Source of the DNA: Nitrospinaceae bacterium
Lineage (GTDB): Bacteria; UBA8248
Direction of reading: 5' to 3'
Length of the DNA: 64,000 nucleotides
Assembly: GCA_018669005.1 (NCBI GenBank)
Contig: JABJAL010000020.1
Location: 3,117-67,116, forward strand
The notes under the pieces are model-generated. The model worked only from the letters and a program-made list of their open reading frames with translations, did not search any database and had not been told where the DNA came from. Shown here piece by piece: positions 58,298 to 64,000 of this stretch (position 1 is the stretch's first letter; every line of letters begins with the position of its first letter). The position numbers were made by a program, and so were the translations under genes.

Positions 58298-59512
58298 TTG
58301 GACCTTCTAACAATCACCGCTCGGCCTGAAATACATAAAGAGAAGTTTTCGCTGCTCGTCCACGGATTTCGTCCATTTTTCCTTCTCACGAGCATCTACG
58401 GTTCGGTGTTCCTGAGCGCCTGGCTGGCGATCTTTTTTGAGGCCGCACCAAACCCGGTAAATATCCGACCGGTTATCTGGCATGGCCACGAGATGGTCTT
58501 CGGTTTCGCCTTCGCAGCCGTTTGCGGATTTCTCCTCTCGGCGACCCCGACATGGAGCGGGGGGCAGCCCATCAAGGGGCGCCAGCTCGGCATCATTGTC
58601 GGCGCATGGATTGCCGGGCGCGCCGCCATGTGGCTCGATGCCACGCTTCACACCTGGCTCGTCGCCCTGTTTGACCTTGCACTGATTCCGGCGCTAACCG
58701 TTGCCCTCTGGCCCGTGCTTACCTCGCCAAAAAGCCGTAAGAATTTAATTTTCCTCATCGTCCTCGGCGCTTTTTTCGCCGCCAATTTGATGTTCCACTT
58801 TGAAACATCCGCCCTCAGCGAAGGCACCGCTCTCGGCGGCCTCACGCTCGGGGTGCATCTTCTCGCGCTTTTAATCGTTATCGTCATCGGGCGCATCGTC
58901 CCTACCTTCATTGCCGTCGAACGCCTTGCCACGGAAGGACCCAAGCCCCCCTTATCTAGCCCTGCACTTGAATGGCTGGCCATCGTCTCTGTTGCGCTTG
59001 TTCTCGCATCAGATTTAATCGACCACGAGGCCGCCTGGGTCGGCCTCCTTGCCCTCGCGGCGGCGGCGATTCAGATTGTGCGGATTTTAAAATGGAGGGC
59101 AGGCCGCTTACTTTTCAAGCCACAACTCGCCGCACTTCATGTAGGATATGCATGGATCATCACTGGCCTCGCTCTCATGGGATTCGCTTACCTCGATGGT
59201 CCCGTCCCTGTGGTAAGCGCCCTTCACGCGATAACGGTTGGCGGAGTCGGGACTATAATTCTGGCCGTTATGTCAATCGTTTCACTTCTTCACACGGGAC
59301 GACCCGCTAAAATTCACCCACTTGTGATTCTCGCCTACATGCTCGTGTCGTCAGCGGCCCTCCTCCGGACATTGGCACCCATAATTTTCTTTGAGAGCTA
59401 CCAAGAGGCGTTGATCATTTCCGGGGCTCTCTGGGCATGCGCTTTTGGTATTTTTGTGGCCGTCTACTGGAAAATTCTCACCACACCACGACCAGACGGC
59501 ATTCCTGGTTAA
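58298..59512 (+). CDS. nnrS: NnrS family membrane protein
   Basis: GFRPFFL, WHGHEMVFGF, GFLL.A.P.W, GRIVP.F, LHVGYAW, HAITVG, PRPDG.PG. Confidence 0.88.
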   Translation: MDLLTITARPEIHKEKFSLLVHGFRPFFLLTSIYGSVFLSAWLAIFFEAAPNPVNIRPVIWHGHEMVFGFAFAAVCGFLLSATPTWSGGQPIKGRQLGIIVGAWIAGRAAMWLDATLHTWLVALFDLALIPALTVALWPVLTSPKSRKNLIFLIVLGAFFAANLMFHFETSALSEGTALGGLTLGVHLLALLIVIVIGRIVPTFIAVERLATEGPKPPLSSPALEWLAIVSVALVLASDLIDHEAAWVGLLALAAAAIQIVRILKWRAGRLLFKPQLAALHVGYAWIITGLALMGFAYLDGPVPVVSALHAITVGGVGTIILAVMSIVSLLHTGRPAKIHPLVILAYMLVSSAALLRTLAPIIFFESYQEALIISGALWACAFGIFVAVYWKILTTPRPDGIPG

Positions 59513-59740
59513 CAAGAAAATCTCTTAAAGACAATATTTTCAATATCTGCGGCAGATGTTTTCTAAATAAGACCTCACCCTTTGCCCAGCACGCAACACA
59601 CTCCCATTAAATATCTACTTAAAAATACATCCTCGAAATAAAAATCAAGGAAATCCAAAGAAAATTCAATAATTATTATGCTAGACTATTGATACCCAGA
59701 AATTGTTTGCGGAAGAACAACTCAACTCTAGGAGACAGAC

Positions 59741-60844
59741 ATGCACAGATTGGTAAGAGCAATTCCGCTTATCGCCCTGGCGGCTTTTTTCACCTCCGCC
59801 ATCGTAGCGACGGCAAGCCCCATTACGCCCCAGGAGCAAAAGCTTATCCGGGCCGCCAAAAAAGAGGGTGCAGTCACACTGCTGAACCCTCTTTTCAGTG
59901 ACGGCACAGCTACAAAAATGGGCCCCGCGTTCATTAAGCGCTACGGCCTCGGCTCAGATTTCAAGTTCCAAAACGTCAGAAAACGCACCGGCGATGTCAT
60001 TGGAACGGCCCGCGCCGAGATGAAGGCAGGCAAGTATTCCTTCGATACCTTTGTTGTTATCAATCCGGGCTTCTTCGCCGCAGCGACCAAGCGCGGCTAT
60101 TTCTCGAAACTTGACCTCGGCCAGTGGAAATACCACGTCAAGGCGGTTGAGCGGGCCGGTCAGTACCACCATTACCCTGAAGTTCCTGTTGTTCTCGCCT
60201 ACACCTTTCAGCCCGTATGGAACACGGCGTGCCCCGGCATGAAAGACGTGAAGGTAGCCTCTTACTGGGATACGGTTAGGCCTGAATTCAAGGGCAAGAC
60301 CATCGTGAGCCGGATTCCGGTCAGCACAAGCTATACCCTCACCACTCTTGGCATGCAGGAGTCAGGTTTCGATCTCTTCGGTTTCTGGAAAAAACTTAAA
60401 GCAACAGACCCTGTTGTCGAGGCGAGGACCGAGCCTAAAATGCAGATGCTCATCGCCTGCGAGCGGGGCATGGACATGTGGAACATGGCCGGTCGCGTAT
60501 TCCAGAACGTCAAGAAAAAACCCAGCCTGGCCAAGGTGCTCCGCGTGGGCTCCTACAAAGAGGGACAGGTCATGCTCGGCAACCAGGCAGCCGTGCCCAA
60601 GGGTGCGCCGCACCCGAACGCGGGCAAACTCTTCCTCGACTTTCTTCTCTCGAAAGAGGGCGCGGACATTTTTGTCGGCGGCGAGGCGGTCTACACATTC
60701 CGGGAAGGCTACACGGCGCCTGCTCATGTGAGGCCCTACCTGCTGGACCTCAGCAAGACCAAGCTATTGGGCTTGAAAGATTGGCTCGGGGCCTCAAAGA
60801 AAGTCAAAGGCATCCGCGGCAAATGGAAGAATCAGTTCAAATAG
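59741..60844 (+). CDS. ABC transporter substrate-binding protein (Fe3+/thiamine-type cluster)
   Basis: Signal peptide; AAKKEG; APHPNAGKLFLDFLLSKEG. Confidence 0.85.
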   Translation: MHRLVRAIPLIALAAFFTSAIVATASPITPQEQKLIRAAKKEGAVTLLNPLFSDGTATKMGPAFIKRYGLGSDFKFQNVRKRTGDVIGTARAEMKAGKYSFDTFVVINPGFFAAATKRGYFSKLDLGQWKYHVKAVERAGQYHHYPEVPVVLAYTFQPVWNTACPGMKDVKVASYWDTVRPEFKGKTIVSRIPVSTSYTLTTLGMQESGFDLFGFWKKLKATDPVVEARTEPKMQMLIACERGMDMWNMAGRVFQNVKKKPSLAKVLRVGSYKEGQVMLGNQAAVPKGAPHPNAGKLFLDFLLSKEGADIFVGGEAVYTFREGYTAPAHVRPYLLDLSKTKLLGLKDWLGASKKVKGIRGKWKNQFK

Positions 60845-60856
60845 GAAAATCGCAGC

Positions 60857-60907
60857 AAAAAAACGGAGACTAGGCGACGGATAATCCGCCCCTGGTCTCC
60901 GTTTTTT
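60857..60907. terminator. Bidirectional intrinsic terminator
   Basis: AAAAAACGGAGACTAGG...CCTGGTCTCCGTTTTTT between convergent genes. Confidence 0.8.
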
Positions 60908-60949
60908 ATTTTAAAAAATATTCGAAAAATCCTTTGACCTACGAGAAAT

Positions 60950-61876
60950 CTACCAACCCCTAGGCTCGCTCTCCATGATGCCAAGAGATTCGAGCGTTTC
61001 AAGGGTATGGGCCTTCGCCTCGTCATTTAAGGGCAACACCGGCTTTCTCGTTCCACCAACCGGACGCCCCAAAAGCTCCATCGCGTATTTCACCGTAGCC
61101 GGATAGTTCGTCTGCAGCAGCTTCAGCAAAATCCCCACCTTGTACTGAAGCGGCCTGGCCGTCTCATAGTCACCCTTCATGCAGGCATCGAAAAGGCTCA
61201 AGATCATTTTCGGGGCCACCTCGGCACAATTTGAAAACGAGCCCGACCCACCCACAGGAATCGACGTGAGCAGCCACTCGATGCCCGTGAAAACGGAAAA
61301 ATTATCTCGCACACCTGAGGCAACCCGGCAGGCCCCTGTGAAGAAGTTCATATCAAATGAGGCGTCTTTGAGAGCAACCAGATTGGGAAGCTTTTCGATC
61401 ATCTCACCCAGCATATCGTGAGAAATTCCCACCTGCACCCGCCTCGGGTTGTTGTAGGCAATCATTTTCAAGTCAACACTGTTGCCAATGGTGAAGAAAT
61501 GATCCAGATGAGCCTCGCGTTCAGGCTCCCAGTGGTAGGGCGAGAGGACAACCATGCCCGTCGCCCCGGTGGTTTCAACGTGGCTCGCCATATCAAGCAT
61601 ATTGTCGGTACCGTGCATGCTCACATTCACGAAAGTGGGAACACGTCCCCCCGCCGCCTTAACCAAGCAGGTGGCCAAATCCTTGCGCTCTTGCACGGTC
61701 AAATTGGGAGACTCACCAATGTGCATCGGATGAGCAATGAAAGGAAGCCCTGCATCAATCAAAAAATTGACCTGTTTTTCAAAAGTTTCGTAATCTACGC
61801 TGCCATCGCCATGAAAAGCGGTGACGAGAGCGCCCATGATTCCTTGAAGTTTACTTTCCACCTGATTACCCCCCAA
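60950..61876 (-). CDS. Dihydrodipicolinate synthase family aldolase/lyase
   Basis: ALVTAF..DG.VD, GES.NLT..ER, YNNP, Schiff-base LKDAS. Confidence 0.88.
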   Translation of the reverse strand: MGGNQVESKLQGIMGALVTAFHGDGSVDYETFEKQVNFLIDAGLPFIAHPMHIGESPNLTVQERKDLATCLVKAAGGRVPTFVNVSMHGTDNMLDMASHVETTGATGMVVLSPYHWEPEREAHLDHFFTIGNSVDLKMIAYNNPRRVQVGISHDMLGEMIEKLPNLVALKDASFDMNFFTGACRVASGVRDNFSVFTGIEWLLTSIPVGGSGSFSNCAEVAPKMILSLFDACMKGDYETARPLQYKVGILLKLLQTNYPATVKYAMELLGRPVGGTRKPVLPLNDEAKAHTLETLESLGIMESEPRGW

Positions 61877-61897
61877 TTACTAAATAGCCGCCCTTTA

Positions 61898-62983
61898 CTA
61901 CTCTTTCGATAGTTGAACAACTTTTTCGCAAAGATAATCTCCTACGCCTTTTGTATTCAGCTCACCGCCCAAATCACCGGTTACTTTATTGTCATTGACG
62001 GCACTCTGAACCGCACCCCAAATCAAATCGGCCGGACGCCGGTGCCCAAGAGTGTCGAGCATAATGCGACCCGTGAGGACAGCAGCAAAGGGATTCGCGA
62101 TTCCCTTTAAGGCTATCGTGGGGGCTGTGCCGTGCACGGGCTCGAACATGCACACCCTGCCCGGATGGATGCAGCCCGAGGCGGCAACACCTACACCACC
62201 CACCAGGCTCGCGCAAAGGTCGCTCAGGATATCGCCGTACATGTTGTTCGTCACAATGACGCCAAAATGCTCCGGGAACTGAACAAGGTCCATGCACAGG
62301 GTATCGATGAAATAATGCTCACCCTCGATATCGGGAAACTCTTCGGACATCTGCCAGAAAACCCGTTGCCAGAGCCCGTGTGCGTGGATGAGCGATACGT
62401 GCTTATCGGCCATCGTCACTTTCGAGTAGCCGTGCGAGCGGGCGTACTCGAAGGCGTAGCGGCAAATACGCTCGACGCCCTTATAGGTATTTATGTCTTC
62501 TTGAATCGCCACCTCATCGGTCGTCCCCTTCTTGAAGTTGCCGCCCATACGAACATTCACACCCTCGGTATTCTCGCGGACCACAACGAGGTCGATGGGC
62601 ACATCCTTTTTGAGAGGACAAAACCGATGATCCAACAAGGACGCGGGCCGAAGATTAACAAAAAGATCAAGTTCCCAACGAAGCCCGACGAGCAGATCCC
62701 TGCAATTGATGCCCGCAGGAACCCTGGGATCATCACCTGCACTACCGAACATTATCGCATCATGCTTGTCGGCCAGATCGTGAACCAAGGCAGGAACGTC
62801 CTCGGGTAAAGGCGTACCCTCCTCGACATAACGCTGGGCCCCGTAGCCGAACACTTCGTGGGTCACCTCAACCCCGCATGCGGCTGCGGCCTCGGTAACC
62901 ACTTGAGTTGAAACAGGTAAAATATCGTGTCCTACACCATCACCGAGAATAACGGCGAGATGTATTTTATTTTCTGCCATCAC
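61898..62983 (-). CDS. Isocitrate/isopropylmalate/tartrate dehydrogenase family protein
   Basis: GDGVG, NLRP, VRENTEG, NMYGDILSDL, FEPVHGTAP. Confidence 0.9.
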   Translation of the reverse strand: MMAENKIHLAVILGDGVGHDILPVSTQVVTEAAAACGVEVTHEVFGYGAQRYVEEGTPLPEDVPALVHDLADKHDAIMFGSAGDDPRVPAGINCRDLLVGLRWELDLFVNLRPASLLDHRFCPLKKDVPIDLVVVRENTEGVNVRMGGNFKKGTTDEVAIQEDINTYKGVERICRYAFEYARSHGYSKVTMADKHVSLIHAHGLWQRVFWQMSEEFPDIEGEHYFIDTLCMDLVQFPEHFGVIVTNNMYGDILSDLCASLVGGVGVAASGCIHPGRVCMFEPVHGTAPTIALKGIANPFAAVLTGRIMLDTLGHRRPADLIWGAVQSAVNDNKVTGDLGGELNTKGVGDYLCEKVVQLSKE

Positions 62984-63056
62984 TCTTTCCTTTAGAGGCT
63001 CGCCGGAGCGCCATCACGCAAAAATCAACAGACCGGACAAACCAATAAATTAAAGT

Positions 63057-64000
63057 TTATCTAAGTTTCGCGGCCGCCTTGAGACTCATAATCGAGTCCG
63101 CAGCCAGGTGCGGGAACACGCTGGCATCGCGCAGGAGCTTTTCAACCGGGGCGTCCCGCATGACACCCGAGCCGCCAAAGATTTCCACCGCATTCCTCGT
63201 TATCGAAAGCGCAGCCTCGGTGGCGAATACTTTCATCATTTGCTTCGAGGCCGACTCGAACTCGGCATTGCCCGATTCGGCGCTCTCAACAACCTGAAAG
63301 AGATAGCTTCTCGCCGCCTCAAGACGCATATACATATCTGCGAGCTTAATGGCTATCGACTGATGCTCGATAATAGGCTTACCACCCTGTATGCGGTTTC
63401 TGGCATGGTCGACAGCGTGCTCAAATGCAGCCGTCGAAATGCCAATAACGTTCGCGGCAAGCTCCACATCGTTGAAACTGACATAGCGCTCCGAGCTATC
63501 CTGTTTGCCCATATTGAGCTCGCCCAGCATGTTTTCTTGAGGCAACCGGCAATCCTGGAAAATCAGTTCGGCATTTTGATAAAAACGCCAGCCGATCTTG
63601 TCGTGCCGCCTGCCGATGGTGAATCCAGGCGTGTCTGAGGGGACAAAGAACATCGTGGTCCCCTCGCTAATGGGCACATTTGGGTTAGTCCGGGTCCGAA
63701 GGATGTATAGCTTGGCAACACCGCCGTTGGCGATGAAGTGCTTCATCCCATTTATTACCCATTCATTGCCATCCTGAACGGCCGCTGTCTTCCATCCCGC
63801 CGTGGGGTCTCCGGGAGGGGGCATCCGGTTATCAGAGCCAGCGCCCGGCTCGGAGCCACCCATCGCAAGCAAGTAGAGATCATCTTCCATGAACTGGGGC
63901 AAAAAGCGCTCGCGCTGCTCTTTCGTCGCCAGGCGACAGAGCATGGGCGTCCACTTCCAACACTGGCTGAAAGTCTTGGCCACCCCACCATCGCCGCGCG
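63057..64000 (-). CDS. Acyl-CoA dehydrogenase family protein (5' end outside the window)
   Basis: SEPGAGSD, INGMKHFIANG, DKIGWR, RIQGGKPI, FGGSGVM. Confidence 0.88.
   Translation of the reverse strand, partial: RGDGGVAKTFSQCWKWTPMLCRLATKEQRERFLPQFMEDDLYLLAMGGSEPGAGSDNRMPPPGDPTAGWKTAAVQDGNEWVINGMKHFIANGGVAKLYILRTRTNPNVPISEGTTMFFVPSDTPGFTIGRRHDKIGWRFYQNAELIFQDCRLPQENMLGELNMGKQDSSERYVSFNDVELAANVIGISTAAFEHAVDHARNRIQGGKPIIEHQSIAIKLADMYMRLEAARSYLFQVVESAESGNAEFESASKQMMKVFATEAALSITRNAVEIFGGSGVMRDAPVEKLLRDASVFPHLAADSIMSLKAAAKLR

Noticed and set aside
61898..62983. Calling this gene leuB
   Set aside because: Family is clear but substrate is not; no leucine operon context.
1..64000. Genome-wide TGA reassignment (code 4 or 25)
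   Set aside because: TGA ends normal-length genes, Trp uses TGG, and only two in-frame TGAs were found, both at Cys columns.

Overview
A gene-dense, moderately GC-rich bacterial window with no rRNA, tRNA, CRISPR array or transposase that I can recognise. Most genes are small-molecule catabolic enzymes: flavin monooxygenases, aminotransferases, acyl-CoA dehydrogenase-like proteins, a hydantoinase/oxoprolinase, a sulfatase, a Mo-hydroxylase subunit, a LigAB-type dioxygenase, SDRs and cupins. These are interleaved with AT-richer secreted or signalling genes. The strongest signal missed by the ORF track is two genes, each split by one in-frame TGA exactly where the family has a conserved Cys and each followed by a bacterial-SECIS-like hairpin. 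One is an exported DUF411/CopG-type protein with a U-G-C-C motif (5466..5936). The other is an AhpD-like protein with a C-D-Y-U motif (42927..43580). Both are predicted selenoproteins. Also notable: a 1422-aa exported FecR-domain protein with a 22-aa Ala/Gly repeat array and silk-like GPGG tracts, paired with an exported TPR protein; a CRP-like DNA motif shared between its promoter region and a cNMP-binding/PilZ locus; an orphan-terminator sRNA candidate; a MetE-like protein lacking both Zn-ligand cysteines; an ankyrin-SH3-pseudoprotease lipoprotein; and a hotdog/TOBE chimeric ORF. All family calls come from reading motifs by eye; no database search was run.
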